Shown: positions 12,691 through 25,134 of the stretch, piece by piece | Layout: each line of letters begins with the position of its first letter | Numbering within the stretch: position 1 is the first letter of the stretch | Source: Mobula hypostoma | Taxonomy: Eukaryota | Assembly (NCBI RefSeq): GCF_963921235.1 | Contig: NC_086107.1 | Span: forward strand, 96,658,001-96,722,000 | DNA: 64,000 nucleotides | Reading direction: 5' to 3' | Translations under genes and position numbers: made by a program | The notes under the pieces: generated by a model | What the model was told of the DNA's origin: nothing | What the model saw: the letters and a program-made list of their open reading frames with translations, nothing else | The model's database searches: none

Positions 12691-13669
12691 TAGGTCTCAA
12701 CCATCAGGCTCTTGAACCAAAGGGGATAACTTCACTCAACGTCACTTGCCCCATCATTGAAATGGTCCCACAACCAATGGACTCACTTTCAAGGACTCTT
12801 CATCTCATGTCCTCGATATTTTTGATTTTTTGCTTATTTATTTATTCTTATTATTTCTTCCTTCTTATTTGCACAGGTTGTTGTCTTTAGCACTGTGGTT
12901 GAATGCCCAAGTTGGGTGGTCTTTCATTGCTTCTGTTATGGTCATTATTTATTGAGCATACTTGCAAGAAAATAAGTGTTAGGATTGTATATGGTGACAT
13001 ATATCTACTTGGATAAAAGTTTACTTTGAACTTTAATTACTAGTTGGACACTACATCACAGCTGAAGGGCCTGTTCCTGACATGTACTGTTCTATTTTCT
13101 GTGTTCTCACACACTTCATTAAATGTCCTAACAATTTATATACGTGAGAATGTAGGGGGATGATTGGTAAGTTTGCAGGACTTAGAGAAGTAGATTGTCT
13201 AAGGATGCATGGTAGGACATGCAGAGTAAATGTCAGAAGAGTTGTGTACAAGGTGAATTAAGTCACTGGAGAGATGCAGCTGGTAGATATAAAGCAGTCT
13301 TTCATTCGACAAAATGAGACACACTCATTTTAGAGAGGCCTGTTTGACCCAGTGTTACATGGAATTTTATATGCTAGAGATCAAAGGTTACAATGTAGTT
13401 ACAATGTATCTACAATGCTTCCTTTGAATTACATATAACTTTCACAGCTCCTTCTTCGCACCCACACTCCGGACACCCAAAATGAATGTTAGTCAGCATT
13501 GTCTGTTTCTCAATTAACTCCTGTTCACCTCTAAAAACCTATTGAACAGGGCTACATTTTAAATTTAATCTACAGTCTGTGTTCAGGTCTAAAGATTGGT
13601 TGCTGAAATTATTATTCTGCGATATACCCAAGTCCAGAATATGCCCTAACAGCTCCTAAAAAGAGGCCA

Positions 13670-14850
13670 GATGGTTATATAAGGGAGTGAAGACAGCATT
13701 TGGTAGGCTTGGCTTCATAGGCTGGTTCATTGAGTATAAATGTTGGGCTGTCATGTTGAAGTTTCACAAAACACGGGAGTGCACTTAGAGTACTGTGTCA
13801 TATGGAAAAGATGCTGCAGCAATAGGGAATGCAGGAGAGGTTCACCAGGATACTGCCTGGAATGGGGGTCAGGAGATAAGGAGAGATTAGATAGGTTGGG
13901 GTTATTCTCACCGGAGCTGAGGACTGACCTTTATAGAGGTTTATAAATAGGGTATACATAGGGTAGATAGTCAGAGCTTTATCCCTGAACAGGGGAATCT
14001 AGAACTGGAAGCTATAGATTTAAGGTGCGAGGGGAGGAATTTAAAGGAGATCTAAGGGGCAAGCCTCAAGACCTAAGACACCAGCCTCAAGCCTCAAGAT
14101 CCAAGACCCAAGACCTCAGCTTCAAGCCTCAAGCCTCAAGATCCAAGACCCCAGCCTCAAGCCTCAAGACCCAAGACCCCAGCCTCAAGACCCAAGACCC
14201 CAGCCTCAAGCCTCAAGACCCAAGACCCAAGACCCCAGCCTCAAGCCTCAAGATCCAAGACACCAGCCATGTCCTGTCCTGTAGCCATATCATGTCCTTG
14301 CCTAGTTCTGGGGTCCGAGCCCGAGGCAAGACCCAGGTTCTGGGTCCTTGTCCAGTCTCTGGCTCAGAGTCCAAGCCCAGGCTCCTAGTTCATAGTTCCT
14401 TGTCTGGGTTCCCTGTCTAGTCCATGTCCTAGCCCAAGTCTGTGTTCTTGTCCCTGCTCCTTGTCTGTATCCTGTCACGTCCCTACTCTAGTCAAGTCCT
14501 GTTCCTAGTACTTCAGTGTCTGTGTCTTGCATTTGGGTCTGCCATCGCCGCCCACCATGTGACAGAATGAACCATCCATTCATGGACCCAGCAACGCAGA
14601 CACTGTCGCCTAACTCCCATCACTCTGGGTTCCCTCCACGTCCCCCCCCCAAGGGGCAAGTGTTCACACAGAAAATGGTGAATATCTGGAATGAGCTGCC
14701 AGAGGAGGTGGTGGAGGCGGGTACAACGACAATGGTTAAAAGGTACTTGGATGGGAAAGGGGTGCAAGGACACAGGCCGAATACAGGCTTCACCATCAGC
14801 ATGGATGAGGTGGGAGGAAGCCTCTTCCTGTGCTGTATGACTCCATAAGT
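13670..14850 (+). mobile_element. CR1 LINE 3' fragment interrupted by a 587-bp insert
   Basis: CR1 3' sequence stops at 14063 and resumes in register at 14661 (tgttcacacagaaaatggtgaatatctggaatgagctgccagagg). Confidence 0.75.
14064..14650 (+). mobile_element. Insert: heptamer-based tandem repeat + putative Gypsy LTR 3' part + gag start
   Basis: Flanked by the exact direct repeat aaggggcaag (14054-14063 and 14651-14660). Contains a CCTCAAG/CCCAAGA array, then an LTR-like pyrimidine-rich body ending ...TGTGACA, then ATGGACCCAGCA (MDPA). Confidence 0.5.
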
Positions 14851-15424
14851 TACCTTAACTTTCTACTTCCTGATTTCTTTGGCCTTCCTCTTAAATAAAC
14901 CAGGTTCCTCTTTGTTCCACCTATGTCTCATATAGTTTTAAAAATCTTGGTTGAATCTCCCCTCGGTTTCTGCTATTCTAAGAAAATGACACCTGCTGAG
15001 ACAAACGTAATGGAACTTCCTCATCCCTGGGAAAAGTCCTTGTAAAACACCTCTAGCTCCACCACATTCTTCTGGTAACCTTGCGATCGGAGCACTACTG
15101 TAAAACTGATGTGTTTTCTGCAGCTCCAGCCTGACTTCCTGACCTGTCTCTTTTGTACCTTGAGTGTTAAAGAAAACTACTTCCTCTGCCTTTTCTGCCC
15201 TGTCACCTCTAGGTAAATGTGACCATACAATGCCAGACCCCTCTGCTCACCTACAGTACAACTAGTCTGCATTCCCTCACCACCTTGCGCTCTCGAAATG
15301 CATTTCCTCGCCTTCTCCAGATTGAGTCGCAGTTGCTCACCCTGTTGCTACGGGCTGTTGCTTTGGTCTTTAGCTTCTTCGCCACTATCAACCACTCACT
15401 GATCTCTGAACAAATTGTAACCTA

Positions 15425-15939
15425 CAATACTGTGCAAAAGTCTTCGGCACATGTATGTAGCGAAGGTGCTTGAGACTTTTGCATGCACTATATTTGTCAA
15501 CTGGGAGCGGAGAGCAAGCTCGAATCTCTAGTAGGAGGAAAAGATGTTGGGAATGGTGATGGTGGAGTGCCGCAGGAGGGGTGTGGGTCAGGTGGCAGAG
15601 AAGGCGTGCCAGGGGCAGGGGCAGGGGCAGACACACCCAGCCCTGAGACACCAGGCAAGTCATTTGATTCCATACAATTGGATTATTGATCATCACAGAA
15701 TGTCTCCCTGGTCCCTCCTGCTCCCTCCCCTCTCCCTTCCCCCTTTCCAAACCACGATTTCCCACTCTCCGTCCACAATAGAGACCTATACCAGAATCAG
15801 GTTTATCAGCACTCACAAGTCATGATTTTTTTTTTGTGGCAGCAGTACAGAGCAACACATAAAATTACCACAGTTCTGTGCAAAAGTCTTGGGTGCCCTA
15901 GCTATATATATCTATGTCTAAGATGTTTGCACGGAATTG
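15425..15939. mobile_element. Non-autonomous Tc1-like MITE (composite)
   Basis: TA-flanked, with CAxTACTGTGCAAAAGTC-type TIRs that are the same family as 39945-40253 and 41160-41664. Confidence 0.7.
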
Positions 15940-18900
15940 TACTTAAAGATGCCTGGAATAAAAGATGAAATCATTGATGTGGATTATAAAAAGTTAGGGG
16001 CCTTAAACCATTGGGGATTGAAAATAAATTGTAATAATATAATAAATGGGAGTATACTGAGTGCTGTGCATCAATAGGGTCATCTTGGAATGTACACCAC
16101 AGCCCCTTGAAGGTGTCAGCACAGGTCAACGTGGTGGTTTACCAGACATATGGAACCGTGTTCTGTCCTTTCTTGATGAAGGCGTTGAATGTAAGAGCAG
16201 GGATTTTGTGTGAGAGATGCGCTGGTACAGCAGGTCGTGCTGCTGCCTCACCATTTCAGGTCCAACCTCTGTTACTGTCCGCGTGGAGTTTGCATGCTCT
16301 ACCTGTGACCATGTCTTTCCCCCAGCTGCTCTGGTCTCCTCCCTCATCCCAAAGACGTGCAGGTTGATAGGTTAGCTAGTTACTTGAAGTGTCCATGATC
16401 TAGGTGGCTGAAAGGACAATAAAGGTAGACATCATGGGTGCACCAGGGAGCATTGGTTCCAAGAGATATTGCTGAATCAGTTTGCTCCAAGAGCCAGTAT
16501 AATCTTGATGGGCAGAATGGCATGTGACACAATTAACAGTAATAGTCAGACTACAGGAAAAGTAAAATTATACCGGAGATGGTTCAGAGTGGATTCGTAA
16601 GGATATTGCCTGCACTGTAGGGAAGATTGGACGAGGGACAATAGTTGTCTTTGGAATTGAGGAAATTGAGTGCAGAGTTAACTGAGGTGAATAAAGTTAA
16701 GAGGGGCTAGCTAGATTAAATATTTCCTTTAACTGGGCCAAAACCCAAGAGATAACAGCTCTAAGTGATTGTGGAGATATCAGCGGGGAGATGACGAATG
16801 GCTTTTTCCATTGGATGATGGTGCTTGTAAATTCACTGCCAGAGAGCAATTCCTGCTCGTGGCATTAAGTGGGGTAACTCTTTTCACCAGTGAGGCTACA
16901 ATGAGTTGAATGGGCTGCTCCTGGTCCATAGAGTTTCTCAGGTACGGATGAAGGGTGCAGGAGAAGTTCTGCCACCTGGAGACTGATGGGGAAGGTAGAC
17001 TGCCGACCAAAGGGAGTGAGTGAGTGAAACAACTGATGTGGTCAGTAGGGGAAGCTCGAAGTGGCACCTAAGGGAGTCAGGAATTGATAGCTTCAGTGGT
17101 AGAATTGAGTGAAATCTAGTGGGAGGAGGCATGTAGTGGACCATGAACAGCAGCATCGGCCCCTTCTGTGCTGCCTGTACGTTGCTGGAGTTGATGGCCC
17201 AAAAATTCCACGTGTTAGGAGTTGCCTTGCTTGCACTTTGTACCCAGGTCTGAGGGTGCCACAGACATCTCTGTTTCATGTTGAGGGAGCAGATCCAAGA
17301 CCATGGATGGTCTGAAAACAGCGTTTATCCAACAATGCAGGAGGCTGGAAATATTTTGTCTCCTCCATCTGGTCAAAGCTCTAGAAAGTGTCTACCTACC
17401 TCAGACTCCAATGTACGTCACATGCCTGGCAAAATCCCCAGGGACTTCTAGGAACCCAAGTAGGGTGGACTGACTTCCTTCCATCTCCCCACTGCCCTTT
17501 TTGAAACTTCCTTCGAATGTTCCTTGCAGCTTCAATAAAAATCGTACTCGAATCTTTTTTAGCAGATGACGTGCCTGCCCAGAAAGGTGAGCTGGCTTCG
17601 TTTGTTAGCTTGGATCCTGCCGTTTGAGCCCAGTAAGTGTTCCTGTTCATCAGTGAATCTCTTTGTGGTTCTCCTCCTCTCAGAAACGGGGAAGCTAGTT
17701 TATAAACGCTGGAGGTTTTCTATGCGGGGAGAGTGTCTATAGGAGGTTGGGATGGGGTGAACTCCATGTAGATTACAGCTCCAGTGAGGTCTCTCTGGTC
17801 ATTGGTTCTGAAGTTTCTAAATATGTGTGCCAATATTACCCACAGCTCAGAGCCTCAAGTGTCTGAACTGTCCTGCAGTTTCTATAGTGTCAACAGGCCC
17901 CTCTGAATTGTCACTGTTAGGCTCCAGTTAGAATTGAACAGTTTGGGTTGTAACAGTCACAAACGGTTACATCTGAGGGATTTATTTCTGCCCATTTTCC
18001 TTCTGTTCACCCCCGCACTGCTCCTCTGATCGTCCAGTTAAACTCTTGTCTGATGGAAGATAACAGGTCATGTGAGGAGAGCTTGAGAGGCCTGGGGCCA
18101 TTTTCTAGAGCAGGGGTTCCCAACCTGGGGTCTATTAGCACCTCGGTTAATGGTAGGGGTCTGTGGCATAGAGAGGCTGGGAACCCTTGCTCTAGAAGTT
18201 AGGCAATGGGGAGATGATTACATTGAGATATGGAGGGCTCTACCACAATGACGTTTCCCTCCATTAAGGAGTCTAGAATCAGGAGTCACAATCTCAAATT
18301 AATGGGGAGGCAATTTAGAACCGAAATGAAGAAAAATCTCTTCCCTCAAAGGTTGGCGAATCTTTGTAATTCTCTATCATGGAGGATTAGTCATTGATTA
18401 TATTCAGATCAGAGGTCAATAGATCTTTGTTTATTCGAGGGGTTGGGGGAAATAGGGTTAAGTCATTAAGGTGAGCTAGGTCAGCAAGGATCTTACTGCA
18501 AGGTAGAGCAGTTTTGAGGGGACAAATGGCCTTTCCCACTGCTGTTTCTTTGAAAATGTAAGATAGAACAGTACACCAGGTGTACAGGACTTCACTCCAG
18601 TGCTGATGATGCCTAGTCCTATCCGTGTGCACATGGTCCATCAGTCACGGGAGTGGGCCTAGGCCATTCAGCCTACTAAATCTGCTCCGCCGTTCAGTCA
18701 TGTCTTTTCCCTCTCAAACCTGTTTTCTACCTCCTCCCCGTAACCTCTGACACCCTTATTAACCAACAACCTATCTAGCTCTACTTTAAATATGCCCCAT
18801 GGCTTCGCCTCCACAGTCACTGTGGCAATGAATTCCACAGATTCACCAGCCTCCAGGTAAAGAAATTCCACCTCATCTCTGTTCTAAAGGGACTCCCTTG

Positions 18901-19049
18901 ACTCTCCCATTACTGGAAATGCCCTCCCCTTGTCAACTCTATCCAGGCCTTTCAGCATTTGTTAACTATCTATAGTCACCCACCCTGCATCATCCTTTGC
19001 CTGTCTAAGAGGCTCTTAAATGGTGTACTTTGATAACAAGTTTACTTTG

Positions 19050-19235
19050 AACAGACTAACCCTAACCTACACATCTTTGGACTGTGGGAGGAAACCAGAG
19101 CACCTGGAGGAAACCCACACGGTCACCGGGAGAACGTACAAACTCCTTACAGGCAGCGATGGGAATTGAACCCTGTCAACCTTCTAACTGTCTCAGTAAA
19201 GCGCCTGCGCTAGCCGCTACGCTCCATGGCGTGCC
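19050..19235 (-). mobile_element. tRNA-derived V-domain SINE (HE1-like)
   Basis: Reverse complement of the V-SINE core (tgtgggaggaaaccagagcacctggaggaaaccc). Confidence 0.7.
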
Positions 19236-20284
19236 GTTTCCTTTGTATTGATGCTGACTGGCCTGCTGAATATTTCCAACAATTCCTATTTTATCCAGTT
19301 TTGTGTTGACGTTGAGGTAGAGGTTCCACCATTTTATTGAATGGGAAATAAGAGTGGTGAAATTAGGAAGCTACTCAAGCACTCATCTCTTATATTCCTA
19401 GCTGGATTGTCAGTGTGACCTGAGATTTGTGCGTGCTTGTCTCAAAAGGCATTTATTTGGTCTCTTTCAGATGTCACGAAAGGGAGACTCAGAGATGTGC
19501 TGCAAATCGGCTGTTAAACTTGGAGGAGAACATTTGTGGCTATGGAGTAGTGCACATTCTGCCATGTTGTGAATTACTTTGTGTACATTTGCTCTCATTA
19601 ACGATACTTTCCACAGGGATCTGGGTCAATGTGAAATGCTCCACACTCCACGTTACCTCCAGAAAGGAGGCACTTTTTCATTGCTGACCATGTAGGACTG
19701 TCTAGCTGGATCTGATCAGATGAAAACACAGATGGTGTAGGACTGGCCATTATCCACCACCTCACTCCAGCAGAGTCAGTAACAAGACGGCCAAAGAGTC
19801 CATGTAGTATATCTTATTTTATTTTATGTTTACTCTTCTCATAAGAAAACACAAGTCTCATTGTACTGTACATCTAGCTAAACTCCAATAACTATGCCTC
19901 GTTTACATGAAAAATATTAACAAAAATATATTTCTGAACATTTACAAACTATATAGATAAATTCCTTGGGTTTGCATGAGTAACTTTTAAAAACTTTAAA
20001 AAACCCAGAGGAAATGTCTCTTTTCCTGACACATTTTAGATTTCCAGACCCATTCCTTGTTCTGTGGGCATTTATCAACAAGCTTTGAATTGTCTGCCCA
20101 GTGAAGGGATTGGGGCAGATTTTCTGCTAACTGCCCACATGGATGGAAGTATCATTTGTATCGATTGACCCACCTGAGAGGAAAATGGGACAATAAGTTC
20201 TGCATCCTAATTCTGGACTCCACAAGGCACTGGTCATATCCTCAATAAAGGTTGTTCTCAAACAGCATTGGGCCCCGGAGTATT

Positions 20285-21240
20285 TGAGTATAGTCCATTT
20301 CCAGCACTGTTATCGGCAGCAACGACACACCTTTCAGGGTAGTGTCTGGGCAAATGACACAAAGGTAGGTGGTGGAGGAGCAGCTGGTGCTCAGGAAACA
20401 GGGAGTATACAGAAGGGCTTGGATGGATTGGGAGACTGGCCAAAGAAGTGTTTGATCATACACTTTGATAGAAGGAATAAAAGCACAGACTATTTTCTAA
20501 ACGGGGAGACAATTCAAAAATCAGAGCTACGAAGAGACTTGGGAGTCCTTGTGCAGGATTCCCTAAAGGTTAACTTGCACGTTGAATCGTTGGTAGGGAA
20601 GATAAATGCAATATTAGCATTCATTTCAAGAGAACTAGAATATAAGAGCAAGGGTGTGATTCTGAGGCTTTATAAGGCATTGGTCAGATCACATTTGGAG
20701 TACTGAGAGAAGTTTTCGACCCCTTATCTAAGAAAAGGTGTGCTGGCGTTGGACAGGGTCCAGCGGAGGTTCATGGGAATGATTCTGAGAATAAAAGGGT
20801 TAATGTATGAGGAGTGTTTGATGACTCTGGGCCTGGACTCACTGGAGTTTAGAAGAATGAGGGGGAGTCTTATTGAAACCTATTGACTATTGAAAGGCCT
20901 AGATAGAGTGGATGTGGAGAGGAAGTTTCCTATAGTGGGGGAGTTTAGGACCAGAGGGTACAGCCTCAGAATAGAGAGACATCATTTGGAACAGAGATAA
21001 GGAGGAATTCCTTTAGCCAGATGGTGGTGAATCTGTGAAATTCATTGCCACAAACGGCTGTGGAGGCCGGTTCATTGAATATATTTAAAGTGGAGGTTGA
21101 TGGGTTCTTGCTTACTCTGCATCAAAGGTTACAGGCAAAAGGCAGGAAAATGGGGTCCAGATGGACAACCAATTAGCCATGGTGAAATGGGGGAGCAGAC
21201 TCAATGGGCCAAGTGGCCTAATTCTGCTCCTATGTCTTAT
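20285..21240 (+). mobile_element. CR1 LINE 3' fragment
   Basis: The ORF at 20284-20706 gives NDTKVGG...ILRLYKALVRSHLEY, followed by a CR1 3' UTR. Confidence 0.85.
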
Positions 21241-22067
21241 CGTCGATCGAGAATCATTATTGGCTGATCATTCATTCACTAGCCTGGGGACAGTGGGATG
21301 TAAGGGGAGGGAGGTGCCCAGGCTGGGCGTGAAATCAGAAACCTCGCTGAGCTGAATGAATCACTTCACCTAGTGACTGACCTGACTAGAGATCTTTTCC
21401 TTTCTCTGGAGTAACTTAATTATTAGACTAACCTTCTTCCATTTCCTTAAGTCTGCAAAGTAATGGTTTCTTCTAAACTACTGGGCGGCAGTAGTGCAGC
21501 GACAGTGATCCTGGCCTCAGTCACTGTTGTGTGGAGTTTCCATGTACCCGGTTTCCCCCGTAGCTGCTTCAGTTTCTTCCCACATCGTAGAACTGTGCTG
21601 AGTGGCAGCTTTGGTGACTGGAAACTGCACCCAGTGCAGGTGAGAAGTCACTGGGTTGAGAAGAATGGGTTGGTCGGAAAGCTGGCAAAGACTCTAAGGG
21701 CTGAATGGCCTGTGTTGTGCGAACGTATGAAATATGGGGCAGATGATGAAAACTAAAAGACAATACAGTACATATTTTCTGTTCAGCTGGCATCTGTTAG
21801 CAAACGTTGGTTGTATCTTCCATTAGACAACTGAGGCAGCCTTCAGTTGGAATAAATATATCCAGTTTCTGACGAGTTTTCTGGTTCCTTGCCTGACTTA
21901 ACTTTTGAGCAGAAGCAAAGGGCATCTTCAGCCATAAATAAACCCTGCAAAGCATTGCTCTAACCTCCATCAAGACGGTGTTACCGCCGCTTGTAAGCAA
22001 CAATAGCATTGATTGTGGTCTTGTCTTCAGTCACTTTGATAGCTCCTCAATGGGGGACCGGACTCCT

Positions 22068-22184
22068 TCAGAGATGGTCCTGCCTGACCTCGGCGTACAC
22101 CATGTTACACTCCACTCTATCCTTTCGATTCACTGCAGGAGATAAACTCATGGAGGCATAATGGATCTCGTCCTCCGCAGGGTT
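22068..22184 (-). CDS. VJ-type inhibitory receptor, exon 5 (cytoplasmic, two Tyr motifs, stop)
   Basis: Acceptor tctgcctctctgaccag|, phase 0. Translates NPAEDEIHYASMSLSPAVNRKDRVECNMVYAEVRQDHL*, with TGA at 22070-22068. Confidence 0.85.
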   Translation of the reverse strand, partial: NPAEDEIHYASMSLSPAVNRKDRVECNMVYAEVRQDHL

Positions 22185-22521
22185 CTGGTCAGAGAGGCAG
22201 ATAAGCATTAATAAACACAAACAAGAGAAAATCTGAAGATGCTGAAAATCCGAGCAACACGCACAGAAAATGCTGGAGGAGCTCACCTGACCTGGCAGCT
22301 TCCATGGAAGAGAGTACAGCTGACATTTTGGGCCAAAACCCTTCGGCAGGACTGGCGAGACGTCTTGGCCTCAAAAGTTGACGATACTCTTTTTCATAGC
22401 TGCTGCCTGGCCTGCTGAGTTCCTCCAGCATTTTGTGTAATTAACTCAATGTATTAGACACAGGAAAATAAGACAAGTAGGCCTAGGGACTATACTCCCA
22501 CTTGTCTGATCATCAGCCTTC

Positions 22522-22888
22522 AGTCTTGCTTTCTTTACCCAGGGTCTAAGGGAAGGGAGCTGAGGTAAATAGTACACTAACACGACATTCCTAAAGGCAT
22601 CCGTTAGTCTTGCGAGACCATGGATCTGCGCCTGGAAAGTCTTCACTCTCCAGGGCACAGGCCTGGGCAAGGTTGTATGGAAGTTGCCCGTGCTGCAAGT
22701 CTCCCCTCTCCACGACACCAATGTTGTCCAAGGGAAGGTCATTAGGACCCATACAGCTTGGCGCCAGTGTCGTCGCAGAGCAATGTGTGGTTAAGTGCCT
22801 TGCTCGAGGACACTGTTGTGGCTGGGGCTCGAACTCACGACCTTCAGGTCGCTAGTCCAATGCCTTAACCACTTTGCCATGTGCCCAC
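22522..22888 (-). mobile_element. tRNA-derived SINE with CORE-like segment
   Basis: Reverse complement of the 46945-47249 element (A/B boxes and gtgtcct.gagcaaggcacttaa). Confidence 0.7.
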
Positions 22889-23795
22889 ACATTCCCAACT
22901 AGTGGAGAAAACACAAAGTTTCATGTCCTCCTCCTACTACTCATTACTAATAGAAACATGATGGAACCACTGAAATAGAAAAACAGACATAAAGTTACTT
23001 AATTTAAAATTAAAATGCAATGGCTTTATTACTGTAAATGTATGAATTACGAACTGGCTATCCCAAGGGTGTCTCTCTAATCCACAACCAATCTACAACA
23101 AAACTGAACTGGCAAGAGCAAGGCTATCTCCCACAGAGAAATGAACTAGGGCAACACAGTAGCGTAGATGACCCGGGTTCAATTCCCATTGCTGCCTGTT
23201 TGCACGCTCTCCTCGAGTGCTCTGGTTTCCTCCCACAGCCCAAAGACCTACTGGGTCAGTAGGTTAATTGGTCAGTCGGTAGTTTAATTGGTCATTGTAA
23301 CTTGTCCCATGGTCAGGGACTGCTGGGTGGTGTGGCTCAAAGCTCTGGAACAATATAATGCACAGTATAATAAATAAACTTTCTTTCTGCAATCTCTATG
23401 TGAAGGCAGGTTAAAAGTAGATGCATTGAACAAATAATAAAAAAAAACAAGAATCCAAGTGTGTGTGTGGAGGAGGGGCATAATGTTAACTCAAAGAGTT
23501 GCCCAGTTGAGAGATGAGAAGAAATCTCCCTGTGTAGCGGTTGGAGATCTCCGGAATTTTCCACGTTATCCAGTAGTGGATTGAGTAAATAATGGCAGAG
23601 ACGATTAAATCTTTAGACACAAACAGAGATCAAGCATCAACCGACCAGTGGATCAGCTTCTGACTGAGCAGCCATGTGGCCCACTCCAGCGTTTAAATAC
23701 TTTGTGATGGTGTTACTTTGGATGACCTACTGATCTCTGTGATAAAGATGCTACGGAAATGTAAACCGCTGCCGTTACGAAGGGGTCTTCCTTAC

Positions 23796-23857
23796 CTCTC
23801 TGTGGGCTGCACGTGGATTCACTGGTGCCTGCTGAGCGGGCCGGGTGCAAGGCCAAC
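23796..23857 (-). CDS. VJ-type inhibitory receptor, exon 4 (membrane-proximal cytoplasmic)
   Basis: Acceptor ccttatttcaattcaccag| and donor GAG|GTAAGG; 62 nt, phase 1-0, which bridges the TM exon to the last exon exactly. Translates (G)WPCTRPAQQAPVNPRAAHRE. Confidence 0.8.
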
Positions 23858-25134
23858 CTGGTGAATTGAAATAAGGAGTGTGCATAAGTTGGTGAGTAGC
23901 ATTAAAGGAGCCCAACAACTCAACTGGACCTATTGTGCAGGCAAGAAAGACTATCCAAATGAACAAGCAGCCCAGTCCCATACCGGGACTGGCCAGTGTG
24001 GGCCACAGTCTGCAGTGATGGACAGCTGTCACTTAGCGAGGTGAACTGGCGGATGCTCAGGTGGAACAAGTACACAACCCCGAAGGAAGACAACATGGGG
24101 ATATCAGAGATAGAGGAAGGACCAAGAGGAGTTAAGTGACAAAGATGATGGTGCGAAACAAAAAAGGAGGCAAATAAACAGTCTGCATCCGGGAGTGGCG
24201 TAGCACAGATAAGACCATAAGACATAGGGGCAGAATTAGGCCATTCAACACATTGAGTCTGCTCTGCCACTTCCCCCTCAACTCCATTCTGCTGCCTTCT
24301 CGCCACAACTTTCACGCCATGACTAATCAAGAACCTATCAACCTCCACCTTAAATGCACCCAGTGACCTGGCCTCTATGGTCGCCTGTGGCAACGAATTC
24401 CACTGATTCACCACCCTCTGGATGAAGAAATTCCTCCTCATCTCTGTTCTAAGTGGATGTCCCTCTATTTTGAAGCTGTGCCCTCTGGCTGTAGACCCCC
24501 CCCCCCCCATCCCACCAAAGGAAACATCCTGTTCACATCCACTCTATCTAGGCCTTTCAACATTCAATAAGGTCCCCTCTCATTCTCCAAAATTCCACTG
24601 AGTACAGGCCCAGAGGCTTCGATTGCTGCTCACATCATAAGCCTTTCATTCCTGGAATCATTTTTTGAACCCTCTCCAATGTCAGCACATCCTTTCTTAA
24701 ATAAGGGGCCCAAAACTGCTGGTAGTTCTCCAAGTGAGGCCTCACCATTGCCTGATACAGCATTACATCCTTGCTGACACTGTGTTGGGTATGAAGTGTG
24801 TTTAGAAATATACGCAACTCAAAAACAAACTAGTGGACAGTGCTGACTCGGATAGGGGAAAGGGAAAACAAGCAGTAGATAAATTGTTGATAAGCCAGAG
24901 GCTGAAAGGTTGCCGTGGGGTAGCTGGGAACGTAGAGTCGAGACGAGCTTTGGTCTGCTTAAATGGTGGAACAGACAGGAGTTGAGTGCCTACACCAGCT
25001 CCTACGTGGTCTAGGTGAGAGACGTTAAATACCGAATAAACATGATTAAAGAACCAACGCTTCCAAAACCTCTTCCCGTCACGAAGTGGAGATGACGGCC
25101 CAATCCTTCTGTAGGCACCTACTTTGAAGAAATA

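Noticed and set aside
14025-14420. 131-aa repetitive ORF
   Set aside because: It is produced by the heptamer tandem array inside a repeat insertion.
13448-19520. Other plus-strand acceptors (about 13448, 17684, 19471) as tail exons of the TM gene
   Set aside because: Phase-1 translations stop early or carry no recognisable motif, and the donors are weak. These cannot be supported without RNA data.
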